A DNA stretch of 64,000 nt from Bacteroidota bacterium (GCA_016721765.1 JADKHO010000004.1:288088-352087); one strand, 5' to 3'. Positions 20,101 through 29,032 are shown, counted from the first letter of the stretch. Numbers and translations: made by a program. Notes: generated by a model not told the origin, from the sequence alone.

Positions 20101-20310
20101 ATGATTTACCTTTTTTCGGATGGGTATCTTGATCAATTTGGTGGCGCGGAAAACCGAAAGTTTATGAAAAAACGCTTTATCGATTTATTGCTCGAAATAT
20201 GCCATTTAGAAGGAAGTTTTCAAAAAGCTGCACTCGAAAAAAATCTTGCTGCCTGGAAAGGCGAGAAAAACCAAACAGATGATGTGATGGTGATTGGGAT
20301 TAGGTTGTAG
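17155..20310 (+). CDS. Transmembrane sensor: two-component-regulator propeller repeats, Y_Y_Y domain, TM helix and a C-terminal PP2C/SpoIIE phosphatase
   Basis: Nine or more Reg_prop-like repeats (NLWVGT.., NFWFGT.., KVWFGT..), a Y_Y_Y motif (YKYMLAGRDNDW..GEYTFKL), a TM helix (WWFWTVLLLILIATVAIYV), a coiled coil and a PP2C-type domain (VVSGDFYW..ADCTGHGVPGALMSM..DDVMVIGIRL). Confidence 0.8.
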   Translation: MERKNKFSYLLIFILVPLIVSAQKYSFKNFSIEQGLPQAYVYSMFQNPEGFITVSTGKGNALFNGATFKPIAIPNLAAEDFVTASFIDQAGNIWYGCFSGNIYACAGNKETKLVYKASSLITHFCENKSGALLATTRSNGLLLLDNTKFSCQEICADCKAYMLNSAEFVNRHLLLLGSSNGLLLYSLTDKKIIPAPQLNDYEINCITQGSMQNLFWIGTKEKGVFEISIDENLNFKLLHNIAVEEGLSSNNVQSILLDNSKNLWVGTVEGGINKIATNQNYKVRFFNEAAGLTSDFVKSSLIDNEGNLWLGTYGGGLFRLDIDPFELINVKDGLRDNNITAIESDAAGNFWFGTNQGITQLNFEKNQSKQITVDKGLVSDKITALYLDKAAHRLWVGTADKGICTLELENGKINNFNHQPPLEGDYINAIGSDKLGNIWISTTLSGAYKFDGEFTQYSTKNGLGHNYVYQAFGDSKGKVWFGTHAGSLNYFDKGKVQEYSSKLGISIYDFNSFCEDKNGNIWTATFGNGFVNISISPKVVITTNQGLVSNYCYGIICDRDNNLWVTQKNYLAKFNPIRQNLKTFSNKDLFGDNQFNINATHLDKDGNVWLGSVKGAVKYLYSIYNTNKTEAKPSITHFRVFNENKDLTTYLTLPYSSYSVSFEFEALSFKKSEEVLYKYMLAGRDNDWCMATSIKFVNYANLADGEYTFKLLACNNDGLWNTEPVTISFTINPPLWKSWWFWTVLLLILIATVAIYVNIRAKQLKRQRDELQRMVDNKTKELSQEKSLVESQNKIIRAKNKDIQDSINYAQKIQDAILPDINELRKNLSDVFILYQPREVVSGDFYWYTQVDNSMIMVAADCTGHGVPGALMSMIGNALLREIILLNQIYSPHKILYALDEGIISTLNQGGAEKERKDGMAISICKIIADKKQISFASSQQSLIHIGKNGAREIKGEFFSIGDYEVTDKKFENHLIPYESEDMIYLFSDGYLDQFGGAENRKFMKKRFIDLLLEICHLEGSFQKAALEKNLAAWKGEKNQTDDVMVIGIRL

Positions 20311-20349
20311 AGCTGATTAGCCGATTAGCTGAATAGCTGATTAGCGGAT
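20311..20349. repeat. Tandem octamer repeat (GATTAGCY)x~4.5 starting at the first nucleotide after the stop codon at 20308-20310
   Basis: Direct reading: agct gattagcc gattagct gaatagct gattagcg gattt. Same family as 773-810. Confidence 0.8.
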
Positions 20350-20487
20350 TTATTGGGAATCTATGCGAACCTATTCCATCTATGTTGCTATGTGTTTATA
20401 AAAGTCAGCTTATGAAATTATATTTTGATTAATAGAACGCAGATTTATTATGATGATTATGATGAATATGATTTTCCGGGAACTGAA

Positions 20488-20907
20488 TTAAATCTTTAAA
20501 AAACTTTCGAGCGCTAATCTATATCCATCCAAACCCAAACCAACAATACAGCCTTTTGCATTGGGAGAAATAAAGGAGGTATGCCTAAAACTTTCGCGGG
20601 CAAAAATATTTGAGATATGCACCTCAATCACCGGCGATTGAATTGCTTTCACAGCATCCCCAATAGCAACAGAAGTGTGCGTGTAGCCACCTGCATTTAA
20701 AATGATTCCATTTGCTGAAAAGCCCACCTCCTGTATTCTATTTATCAACTCGCCTTCTACATTGCTCTGAAAATAATCAATTTGATGTGTCGAAAAGTTG
20801 TTTCGCAATTCCGTTAAATAACTTTCAAAGCTCTGTGTTCCATAAATAGTTTGTTCGCGAGTGCCTAATAAATTTAAGTTAGGACCGTTGATGATGACAA
20901 AATGCAT
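20488..20907 (-). CDS. aroQ: Type II 3-dehydroquinate dehydratase
   Basis: Carries INGPNLNLLGTRE..NAGGYTHTS..HISNI. The ORF track extends 16 codons upstream, but the conserved start is MHFVIINGPN at 20907. Confidence 0.9.
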   Translation of the reverse strand: MHFVIINGPNLNLLGTREQTIYGTQSFESYLTELRNNFSTHQIDYFQSNVEGELINRIQEVGFSANGIILNAGGYTHTSVAIGDAVKAIQSPVIEVHISNIFARESFRHTSFISPNAKGCIVGLGLDGYRLALESFLKI

Positions 20908-21001
20908 AGCTTTGAGTTTTGGATAATTTAGACAATAATAAAAAAGAAATCTCATTTTCTCCCTTTTTCACTGCTAAAGTGACTAAAGTTTAGCACGTAT
21001 C

Positions 21002-21910
21002 ATGAACTGGAAAATTTATATCAAAGGTTACTCCTCTTATCTGAAATTGGAACGCTCACTTTCCGAAAATTCGATTGAAGCCTATGAGCACGATGTGGAA
21101 AAATTTGTTCAGTTCTTGGAATTTAAAAAAATGGAGTTATCACCCAAACAAGTTGAGCTGAGCCATTTGCGTGAATTTTTGATTTGGACCAATGAATTGG
21201 GAATGAGTGCACGCACGCAAGCTAGGGTAATTTCAGGCATAAAATCGTTTTATAAATACTTGTTGGTTGAAAATATTTTGGATTCCGACCCAACCACTTT
21301 ACTAGAAGCACCCCGATTGGGCAGAAAGCTACCGGAAGTGCTTAGCATTGAAGAAATAAATGCACTCATTGATGGAATTGATTTAAGCAAAAATGAAGGT
21401 ACACGCAACAAAGCCATGCTCGAAACCCTTTACAGCTCAGGATTGCGGGTAAGTGAATTGGTAAATCTTAAAATTTCGACCGTTTTTCCAAGGGAAGGAT
21501 TTTTAAAAGTGATTGGAAAAGGAAATAAGGAACGCATTGTTCCCATTGGTAAGGTTGCCTTAAAGCAAATCGATATTTATCTCACGAAAGTGAGAAGCAA
21601 AGTAACACCGGCCAAAGAAGACGGAGACACACTGTTTTTAAATAACCGCGGTAAAAAACTCACACGTGTGATGGTTTTTACCATAATTAAACGTCTTGCC
21701 ATCCAAATTAATTTGGGCAAAAATATAAGTCCGCATACATTCCGCCACTCGTTTGCAACCCATTTAATTGATGGAGGAGCCGATTTGAGGGCGGTGCAAG
21801 ATATGCTCGGCCATGAAAGTATTACTACTACCGAAATTTATACCCATCTAGACCGAGAATATTTACGCGATGCAATTATGCAATTTCACCCTAGAGCTAA
21901 AATGCATTGA
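21002..21910 (+). CDS. xerD: Site-specific tyrosine recombinase XerD
   Basis: Has the catalytic RxxxHxxR..Y arrangement (HTFRHSFATHL..LGHESITTTEIYTHL). Shows the chromosomal aroQ-xerD synteny and no flanking phage genes. Confidence 0.85.
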   Translation: MNWKIYIKGYSSYLKLERSLSENSIEAYEHDVEKFVQFLEFKKMELSPKQVELSHLREFLIWTNELGMSARTQARVISGIKSFYKYLLVENILDSDPTTLLEAPRLGRKLPEVLSIEEINALIDGIDLSKNEGTRNKAMLETLYSSGLRVSELVNLKISTVFPREGFLKVIGKGNKERIVPIGKVALKQIDIYLTKVRSKVTPAKEDGDTLFLNNRGKKLTRVMVFTIIKRLAIQINLGKNISPHTFRHSFATHLIDGGADLRAVQDMLGHESITTTEIYTHLDREYLRDAIMQFHPRAKMH

Positions 21911-21982
21911 ACGCCAAAACAAGCGCGATGCAGCACTTCATTTCCACAACAAATTTTAACTTTAATATTTCACTCATTTTCT

Positions 21983-21990
21983 TATCTTTG
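21983..21990 (+). promoter_or_regulatory. Candidate -7 element TATCTTTG immediately upstream of bamD (possibly leaderless or short-leader)
   Basis: Matches TAnnTTTG, 4 nt before the ATG at 21995. Confidence 0.25.
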
Positions 21991-21994
21991 CACG

Positions 21995-22816
21995 ATGTTT
22001 AAAAAAGTAGCTCTACTTTTCTTTTCAATTGCCCTAATCACTTTAGCTTCGTGTAACAAATACAATCGCTTGCTGAAGAGTTCTGACTTTGAGTTAAAAT
22101 ACACCAAAGCAGTGGAGTATTATGGCAAAAAAAATTACGTGAAAGCGCTTCCTTTATTTGAAGAGTTGATGACTGTGTATCGCGGTACTGCAAAGGCTGA
22201 ACAAGTGAGCTATTACTACGCGTATTGCAATTTTGGATTGGAAGATTATTTATTGGCCAGTTACCACTTGAAGAATTTTGTAAAAACATTTCCCAACAGT
22301 GAGTATGCCGAAGAAGCACAATTTACCAGTGCTTATTGCTATTATTTAGATTCACCGGTGTATAGTTTAGATCAAGAAAATACCATAAAAGCAATTAACG
22401 AATTTCAGTTGTTTGTGAACATGTATCCCAACAGCGCGCGTATTAAGGATTGCAACGATTATATTGATTTACTGCGTCGCAAATTAGAGCGTAAAGCCTA
22501 TGAAAATGCGACTTTATATTTTAACATTGAAGATTATAAAGCATCGATGCAAGCATTTCGAAATTTATTAAAAGATTTTCCGGACAACCCTTATCGGGAA
22601 GAAGCTAATTTTATGATATTAAAGTCTAATTATTTATTAGCTAAAAACAGTATCCCCGAAAAGAAACAAGAACGTTATAAATCTACGATTGAAGTTTATT
22701 ATAAATTCATCGACAACTACAAAGACAGCAAATACCTGCAAGAAGCAGAAATTATTTTTGAGTCTGCGCAAAAACAATTATCAAAAGAATCAAAAGAAAA
22801 ACAAGCCAAATCATAA
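21995..22816 (+). CDS. bamD: Outer membrane protein assembly factor BamD-like TPR lipoprotein
   Basis: Lipoprotein signal (LITLASCNK), TPR-like repeats, and conserved placement before rpoZ-coaBC. Confidence 0.7.
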   Translation: MFKKVALLFFSIALITLASCNKYNRLLKSSDFELKYTKAVEYYGKKNYVKALPLFEELMTVYRGTAKAEQVSYYYAYCNFGLEDYLLASYHLKNFVKTFPNSEYAEEAQFTSAYCYYLDSPVYSLDQENTIKAINEFQLFVNMYPNSARIKDCNDYIDLLRRKLERKAYENATLYFNIEDYKASMQAFRNLLKDFPDNPYREEANFMILKSNYLLAKNSIPEKKQERYKSTIEVYYKFIDNYKDSKYLQEAEIIFESAQKQLSKESKEKQAKS

Positions 22817-22833
22817 ATTAACAAATCCATACA

Positions 22834-23163
22834 ATGAGTTACAAAAAAACAGCAGCCGAATCGTCAACTATCACGCGTGATTTAAGAGACCTGGATCAAA
22901 AAACCGGCAACATTTATGAAACGTTAGCTATCATCGCTAAGCGTGCCAACCAAATCAGCACCGAGATGAAAGAAGAGTTGAACAACAAGTTGAGCGAATT
23001 TGCAACCTCCAGTGATAATTTAGAGGAAGTATTCGAAAACCGTGAACAAATAGAGGTTTCGAAACATTATGAAAAACTTCCTAAACCGGTTTTAATTGCC
23101 ATTCAGGAATATGCTGAGGATAAAATTTATTCTCGCAACCCAAGCAAAGAAGTTCAGCAATAA
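22834..23163 (+). CDS. rpoZ: DNA-directed RNA polymerase subunit omega (Bacteroidota type)
   Basis: 109 aa with an NIYETLAIIAKRANQIS omega-like core. Conserved position between bamD and coaBC. Confidence 0.65.
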   Translation: MSYKKTAAESSTITRDLRDLDQKTGNIYETLAIIAKRANQISTEMKEELNNKLSEFATSSDNLEEVFENREQIEVSKHYEKLPKPVLIAIQEYAEDKIYSRNPSKEVQQ

Positions 23164-23249
23164 TTTTTGCTTTCATTCCATACTCCGGCTGTTATCTTCC
23201 TTTGTATAGGCTGATGGCAGCCGGATTGTTTTCATAACTGCTTGAAACG

Positions 23250-24452
23250 ATGCTTCGAAATAAAAAGATAGTATTACTCGTTACTGCCAGCATAGCTGCT
23301 TATAAAGCTGCTGTTTTAGTGCGACTATTAATAAAAGAAGGAGCGCAAGTAAAAGTGATTTTAACACCCCAAGCAAAAGACTTTATCACACCGCTTACTC
23401 TATCTACATTATCCAAAAACCCTGTTTTATCAGAATTTACCAGGGGAAATTCCGGTGAATGGAACAACCACGTAGAACTTGGCTTATGGGCTGATGTGAT
23501 GTTGGTTGCACCTGCGTCGGCGAATACAATTGCAAAAATGGCTTATGGCTTGTGCGACAATTTAGCACTTGCGGTTTACTTATCGGCCAAATGCCCCGTT
23601 ATTATTGCTCCTGCGATGGATTTAGATATGTATCGACATCCTGCCACGCTAGCCAATTTAAGTACTTTGAAAAAGTATGGAAATCAAATCATTGCAAGCA
23701 ATTACGGTGAATTAGCAAGTGGTTTGGTAGGTGAAGGACGCATGGCAGAGCCCGAAGAAATTCGCGATTTTGTAAGCACTTATTTTTCGAAAAACCTTCC
23801 GCTTGCCGGAAAAACTGCCTTGGTAACCGCCGGACCAACGTATGAAGCCATTGACGCCGTGCGCTTTTTAGGAAATAACAGCAGTGGTAAAATGGGCATT
23901 GCCATAGCCGAAGCTTTAGCCAATCAAGGTGCTCAGGTGCATTTAGTAATTGGACCATCTGCTTTAAAAACAGAAAACCCTTCCATTAAAAGAACAGATG
24001 TAGTTTCGGCGGAAGACATGTGGAAAGCAAGTGAATCACTTTTTAAACAGGCTGATATTGCAGTGCTATCGGCCGCGGTGGCTGATTTTAAACCTAAATC
24101 TGTTCAAACCAAAAAAATAAAAAAAGCAAGTGGATTTAATTCCATTGAACTGGTTGAAACCGTTGATATTTTGGCTTCATTAGGTAAACTCAAAAAGAAA
24201 CATCAAATTTTAGTTGGCTTTGCTTTGGAGACTGACAATGAAATTGAAAATGCTAAACTAAAAATTAAGAAAAAGAACCTCGATTTTATTGTGCTAAACT
24301 CCTTGAATGATAAGGGTGCCGGCTTTAAACACGATACCAATAAAATTACAATAATTGATGCTCAAAATAAAATTCAGAAATTTGAGTTAAAATCGAAGCA
24401 GGAAGTTGCCCAAGATATTGTGACAAAAATTAAAGCCTATTTTAAAAAATAA
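23250..24452 (+). CDS. coaBC: Bifunctional phosphopantothenoylcysteine decarboxylase / phosphopantothenate-cysteine ligase
   Basis: N-terminal flavoprotein domain (KKIVLLVTASIAAYKA) and a C-terminal DFP ligase domain (ALVTAGPTYEAIDAVRFLGNNSSGKMG). Confidence 0.95.
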   Translation: MLRNKKIVLLVTASIAAYKAAVLVRLLIKEGAQVKVILTPQAKDFITPLTLSTLSKNPVLSEFTRGNSGEWNNHVELGLWADVMLVAPASANTIAKMAYGLCDNLALAVYLSAKCPVIIAPAMDLDMYRHPATLANLSTLKKYGNQIIASNYGELASGLVGEGRMAEPEEIRDFVSTYFSKNLPLAGKTALVTAGPTYEAIDAVRFLGNNSSGKMGIAIAEALANQGAQVHLVIGPSALKTENPSIKRTDVVSAEDMWKASESLFKQADIAVLSAAVADFKPKSVQTKKIKKASGFNSIELVETVDILASLGKLKKKHQILVGFALETDNEIENAKLKIKKKNLDFIVLNSLNDKGAGFKHDTNKITIIDAQNKIQKFELKSKQEVAQDIVTKIKAYFKK

Positions 24453-24458
24453 AAACGC

Positions 24459-25373
24459 ATGAAAATCAAGTTGAATAAAATTTCCCTTGTTGTAATTGCC
24501 CTTCTACTTTGCTCCATCACCTCTACTTTTGCCCAAGAATTAAACTGCTCCATAACCGTAAACTCAAGTCAAATTTCGGGGACAGATAAAAAGATTTATG
24601 CTACCATGCAAAAATCGTTTTTTGAATTCATGAACGGAACAAAATGGACCAATGATATTTTTAAAACGGAAGAACGGATTGAATGCAGTATGTTGATTAA
24701 CATTACCGAACGCCCGAGTGTAGATGAGTTTAAAGCAACCATGCAATTGCAAATTCGACGTCCCATTTATAAAACTTCTTATAGCAGTAACTTGCTTAAT
24801 TACATGGACAATGAATTCACTTTTAAATATGTAGAATTTCAACCTATCGAATTTAATGAGAGCACGTATAGCAGTAATTTAAGTTCTATGTTGGCATTTT
24901 ATGCTTATATGATTTTGGGTATTGATTACGATAGTTTTTCGCTATCGGGCGGGCAACCCTATTTTGTGAAAGCTCAAGCAATTACTAATAATGCTCAATC
25001 CTCGAGCGACAAAGGTTGGAAATCGTTTGAAGACAATAAAAACCGCTATTGGTTTATAGAGAACATGATGAATTCGAATTTTAAGCTTATTCGTCACGCA
25101 ATGTATAAATATCACCGCACCGGTTTGGATTTGATGAGTTCGAATTTAGAAGATGGGCGCACCAACATTTTAAATTGTATTGAAGATTTAAAAACAACTT
25201 ATAGTGTGAGCCCTAACTCCTATTTGATGCAGGTATTTTTTAATGCTAAAGCAGATGAGTTGGTAAATATTTTCACCCCCGCTTTTCCCGATCAAAAGGG
25301 AAAAATTGTAACCACCCTTAATTTAATTGACCCCGGAAACTCGAGTAAATACGGGAAAATTATGGGAAATTGA
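24459..25373 (+). CDS. DUF4835-like secreted protein
   Basis: Signal peptide. Occupies the conserved position between coaBC and recN in Flavobacteriia. Confidence 0.55.
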   Translation: MKIKLNKISLVVIALLLCSITSTFAQELNCSITVNSSQISGTDKKIYATMQKSFFEFMNGTKWTNDIFKTEERIECSMLINITERPSVDEFKATMQLQIRRPIYKTSYSSNLLNYMDNEFTFKYVEFQPIEFNESTYSSNLSSMLAFYAYMILGIDYDSFSLSGGQPYFVKAQAITNNAQSSSDKGWKSFEDNKNRYWFIENMMNSNFKLIRHAMYKYHRTGLDLMSSNLEDGRTNILNCIEDLKTTYSVSPNSYLMQVFFNAKADELVNIFTPAFPDQKGKIVTTLNLIDPGNSSKYGKIMGN

Positions 25374-25608
25374 GAAAAGAGTTAATTTTGGTTTCCCAGT
25401 TTCAAGCTACTTAAAATAGAACGCGGATGGCGCGGATTAAAGGATTTACGCGGATTTTTTTAAGCGCTATTAACCCAAACCATTTATTAAAAAAATTCGG
25501 CATGCGTCGGGTTTAAGCCAAAACCTTACTTTACTTTTTTATCATCCAAAAATAATCCACCAGCCTCCAATAATATTTTTGATATTTGAGGGGAAATAAA
25601 TTTGCCTT

Positions 25609-27264
25609 ATGCTTCAGCATTTATCCATTCGCAATTACGCTTTAATTGAAAGCCTTGACATTGATTTGAGTGACGGCTTAACCATTATTACTGGAGAAAC
25701 GGGTGCCGGAAAATCAATTTTATTGGGAGCGCTATCTTTACTTATTGGCAACAGAGCCGATACCGGAACCTTGCGCGATAAAACCAAAAAGTGCATTGTA
25801 GAAGCACAATTTGCGATTGAAAAATATGCCCTTCTCCCCTTCTTCGAAAAATATGAATTGGATTATAATAAGCTAAGTACTATTCGTCGTGAGATAAATC
25901 CTGCAGGCGTTTCCAGAGCTTTTATTAACGATACACCTGTAAATTTAGCGCAATTAAAAGAAATTGGTTTGGCATTGGTAGATGTACATTCTCAGCACCA
26001 AAGCATTGCCTTGAATGAAGCGGAACTTCAAATTTCTTTGGTAGATGTATTTGCACAACACAAAGCTAAATTAAGCAGCTATCAGAGTGATTTCACTGCC
26101 TATAAAAAGTTAAAGCAAAACTTGGCCTTGATGGAAGAACAAGATGCACAAGCTAAGAAAGATTTGGATTATTATCAATTTCAGTTTAACGAATTGGAAG
26201 ATGCGCAGCTTAAAAGTGATGAGCTCAGCAACATGGAGCAAGAATCTGAAACTTTGACCCATGCCGAATCCATAAAAAAAGCACTAAACTCATCGGCATA
26301 CTTGCTTAATCAAAGCGACAGCAATGCCTTGAATGCATTGGCAGAAATAAAAAATTTATTAGCCGGAATCTCAAAATACAATGCCAGTGTTTCAGAAATC
26401 GCTGCACGCATCAATAGTGCTTACATTGAGCTAAAAGATATTTTAAGTGAATTAGAAAGCTTAGAACAAGACATTGTATTTAATCCCGCAAGGCTCGAAG
26501 AAATTGAAAACCGACTGAATTTAATTTATCGCTTACAACAAAAACACCGCGTAAAAAGCATTGCAGAATTAACGCAAATTCAGGATGAATTGTCGGAAAA
26601 GATTTTAGCCATTAATAATCTGGATGAGCTCATTCACAAAGCAAAATTGGAAATTGAAAGATTAGAAAAACAACTTACAAGCAAGGCCGAGGAACTTTCG
26701 AAAAAACGCAAGGCTTCTTCAGCACAAATGGAGAAACAAATTCGCTCGCTATTAAGTGATTTGGGAATGCCCAATGCCAATTTAGCTATACAAATTAATG
26801 CGGCTGCAGAGTTTAACACTTATGGGAAAGATAAAATTCAATTTCTATTCTCGGCCAATAAAGGCAGCGAAATGAAAGAGTTGAGTAAGGTTGCCTCCGG
26901 AGGTGAATTATCGCGCTTGCTGCTCAGTTTAAAATCCTTATTGGCCCAATCGGCAGCTTTGCCCACCATTATTTTTGATGAAATTGATACAGGTGTATCG
27001 GGTGAAGTAGCCAACAAAGTCGGAAACATTCTTGAAAAAATGGCCAATGAAATGCAAGTGATTAGCATCACCCATCTTCCGCAAATCGCCAGTAAAGGCA
27101 AGGAGCATTTGTATGTTTATAAAGACGAGCAGAAGGATAAAACGGTTACTCACATTAAAAAATTAACTAAGCAAGAGCGTGTTCATGAAATTGCGCAAAT
27201 GCTTAGCAGTAGCTCCCCTACTGTTGCTGCAATTAATAATGCTAAGGAGTTGTTGAAGCATTAG
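25609..27264 (+). CDS. recN: DNA repair protein RecN
   Basis: Walker A (GETGAGKSIL) plus an SMC-like coiled coil, with a C-terminal signature and Walker B (LSKVASGGELSRLLLSL..IIFDEIDTGVSG). Confidence 0.95.
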   Translation: MLQHLSIRNYALIESLDIDLSDGLTIITGETGAGKSILLGALSLLIGNRADTGTLRDKTKKCIVEAQFAIEKYALLPFFEKYELDYNKLSTIRREINPAGVSRAFINDTPVNLAQLKEIGLALVDVHSQHQSIALNEAELQISLVDVFAQHKAKLSSYQSDFTAYKKLKQNLALMEEQDAQAKKDLDYYQFQFNELEDAQLKSDELSNMEQESETLTHAESIKKALNSSAYLLNQSDSNALNALAEIKNLLAGISKYNASVSEIAARINSAYIELKDILSELESLEQDIVFNPARLEEIENRLNLIYRLQQKHRVKSIAELTQIQDELSEKILAINNLDELIHKAKLEIERLEKQLTSKAEELSKKRKASSAQMEKQIRSLLSDLGMPNANLAIQINAAAEFNTYGKDKIQFLFSANKGSEMKELSKVASGGELSRLLLSLKSLLAQSAALPTIIFDEIDTGVSGEVANKVGNILEKMANEMQVISITHLPQIASKGKEHLYVYKDEQKDKTVTHIKKLTKQERVHEIAQMLSSSSPTVAAINNAKELLKH

Positions 27265-27409
27265 ATAGAAGCAAAACAATTGCCCTTGCCATGTTTTGAG
27301 TTTTTAAAAGATTATATTAATAACTATTAAAATGATTAGCCTTAAAATGATTCGAGGTAAGCACCCAACATTTATTAAAGCATTTCAAGTTTCTTTCCCC
27401 TAAAAAAAA

Positions 27410-27417
27410 TATATTTG
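27410..27417 (+). promoter_or_regulatory. Candidate -7 element TATATTTG upstream of fabI
   Basis: Matches TAnnTTTG, 24 nt upstream of the ATG at 27441. Confidence 0.3.
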
Positions 27418-27440
27418 TACCTGAACTCAAAACAAGATTT

Positions 27441-28256
27441 ATGAACTACAATTTGCTAAAAGGAAAAAGAGGAATTATTTCAGGAGCCTTGGATAGTAAT
27501 TCCATTGCTTGGAAAGTAGCTGAACGTGCGCATGCCGAAGGTGCTATTTTTACGCTTACCAATGCTCCGGTGGCGATGCGAATGGGTGAAATAAAAAAGT
27601 TGGCGGAAGATTGCAAGGCCGAAGTTATAGGAGCAGATGCTACCTCCATCCCCGATTTAGAAAATCTATTTAGTAAATCGCAAGAAGTATTGGGTGGTAA
27701 AATTGATTTTGTTTTACACTCAATCGGCATGAGCCCCAACTTGCGTAAAAGCTTGCCTTATACCGATTTGAATTACGATTTTTATGCAAAGAGCTTGGAT
27801 GTTTCAGCCATGAGTTTGCATAAAATGATGACTGTTGCTAAAAAACAAGATGCCTTAAACGAATGGGCTTCTGTGGTGGCATTAAGCTATATCGCAGCAC
27901 AGCGCACTTATTCTTTCTATGGTGATATGGCGGATGCAAAAGCGATGCTGGAATCGGTTGCCCGCAGCTTTGGGTATCATTATGGAAAAGCAAAAAAAGT
28001 TCGCATCAATACTGTTTCTCAATCCCCGACTAAAACTACGGCTGGTGGCGGTATTAAAGGCTTTGATAATTTTTATCAGTTTGCCGATAAACTTTCACCT
28101 TTAGGAAATGCAAGCGCTGAAGCTTGCGCAGATTATTGCATTACCTTGTTTTCGGATTTAACACGAATGGTAACCATGCAAAATTTGTTTCACGATGGCG
28201 GGTATTCTACTACAGGAATCAGTGAGGAGTTGATGGCAATGTTTGAAAAAGAGTAA
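27441..28256 (+). CDS. fabI: Enoyl-[acyl-carrier-protein] reductase (FabI-type SDR)
   Basis: 271 aa with a GKRGIISGA..SIAW Rossmann segment and a FVLHSIGMSP...SYIAAQRTY..Y..K FabI-like active-site region. Confidence 0.75.
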   Translation: MNYNLLKGKRGIISGALDSNSIAWKVAERAHAEGAIFTLTNAPVAMRMGEIKKLAEDCKAEVIGADATSIPDLENLFSKSQEVLGGKIDFVLHSIGMSPNLRKSLPYTDLNYDFYAKSLDVSAMSLHKMMTVAKKQDALNEWASVVALSYIAAQRTYSFYGDMADAKAMLESVARSFGYHYGKAKKVRINTVSQSPTKTTAGGGIKGFDNFYQFADKLSPLGNASAEACADYCITLFSDLTRMVTMQNLFHDGGYSTTGISEELMAMFEKE

Positions 28257-28265
28257 TTCGAAATC

Positions 28266-28979
28266 TTGCTTCCCTTAAAAAAAATAGTTTGTTTTTTCTT
28301 TGTTCACGCGCTTGTGTTATCAGCATTTGCGCAAGATGAACAAGAGATGAAACCAATTGTGCCATCCCGTTTTCAGTTTAAAGCCAATGTGGCTATCCCT
28401 AGTTTAGTTGGCAACAAAGCTTTACGTGCCAGCTTTAGAGGTGTTTACGAAGGTACCGCTAATTTGCAACTGCGGTTATTTAACGGTGTTTACTTGGGTG
28501 CACATGGCTCATATACCGGTTTTAAAATATCGCCCGAAAAAATTGCCAATTTAAATTCCGAATGTCGCACCGCGGGAGCCGGACTGAATTTAGGCTACGA
28601 AAAATTTAGTATGCCGCGTGTGATGTGGTATGTAAATTTTGCTTCAGGATACAATTGGATAAATTATTTTAGGGTGCAATGCCCCGATAGTATTGCCCCA
28701 GAGCTCCACCATTTGGCCTGGAGTTACAGACCTAGTGCCGGTTTTTGCTATTATTCCGATGATAATTTCTCACTTGGATTATCGGTTGCCTATACTTTTT
28801 TAATGAATGAATTTGATCCAACAAGCATTTGCTTGGATAAGTTTAAAGCATACAAAAAAGACGATTCAAAAGGATACACGAATTATTTTTCGATTGGAGT
28901 AACGCTTAATTTTAACCTTCGAAAAGATATGTTTAATGGGAATGGAAGCAGTGAGAGTGATGGGGAGGAGGATAATTGA
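28266..28979 (+). CDS. Putative outer-membrane beta-barrel protein with an acidic C-terminal tail
   Basis: Signal peptide, beta-strand-like alternation, and a terminal SESDGEEDN. Confidence 0.4.
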   Translation: MLPLKKIVCFFFVHALVLSAFAQDEQEMKPIVPSRFQFKANVAIPSLVGNKALRASFRGVYEGTANLQLRLFNGVYLGAHGSYTGFKISPEKIANLNSECRTAGAGLNLGYEKFSMPRVMWYVNFASGYNWINYFRVQCPDSIAPELHHLAWSYRPSAGFCYYSDDNFSLGLSVAYTFLMNEFDPTSICLDKFKAYKKDDSKGYTNYFSIGVTLNFNLRKDMFNGNGSSESDGEEDN

Positions 28980-29032
28980 GATTTGAGTATTGAGATTTGA
29001 GATTCGGGATTTGGGATTTAGGAATTGGGATT
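28980..29032. repeat. GATTTG/GGATTT short tandem repeat tract filling the gap between two convergent stop codons
   Basis: Direct reading: gatttgagtattgagatttgagattcgggatttgggatttaggaattgggatttt. This is the reverse-complement flavour of the 947-1022 tract. Confidence 0.7.

Noticed and set aside
21002-21910. Tyrosine recombinase as a marker of an integrated mobile element
   Set aside because: The sequence matches chromosomal XerD, which is adjacent to aroQ as in many Bacteroidota. There are no flanking phage or conjugative genes and no att-like repeats.
25420-25470. Three direct copies of CGCGGAT downstream of the DUF4835 gene, considered as a terminator or regulatory site
   Set aside because: The copies are direct and not inverted. 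Only a 4 bp CGCG stem is possible, so support for a specific function is insufficient.
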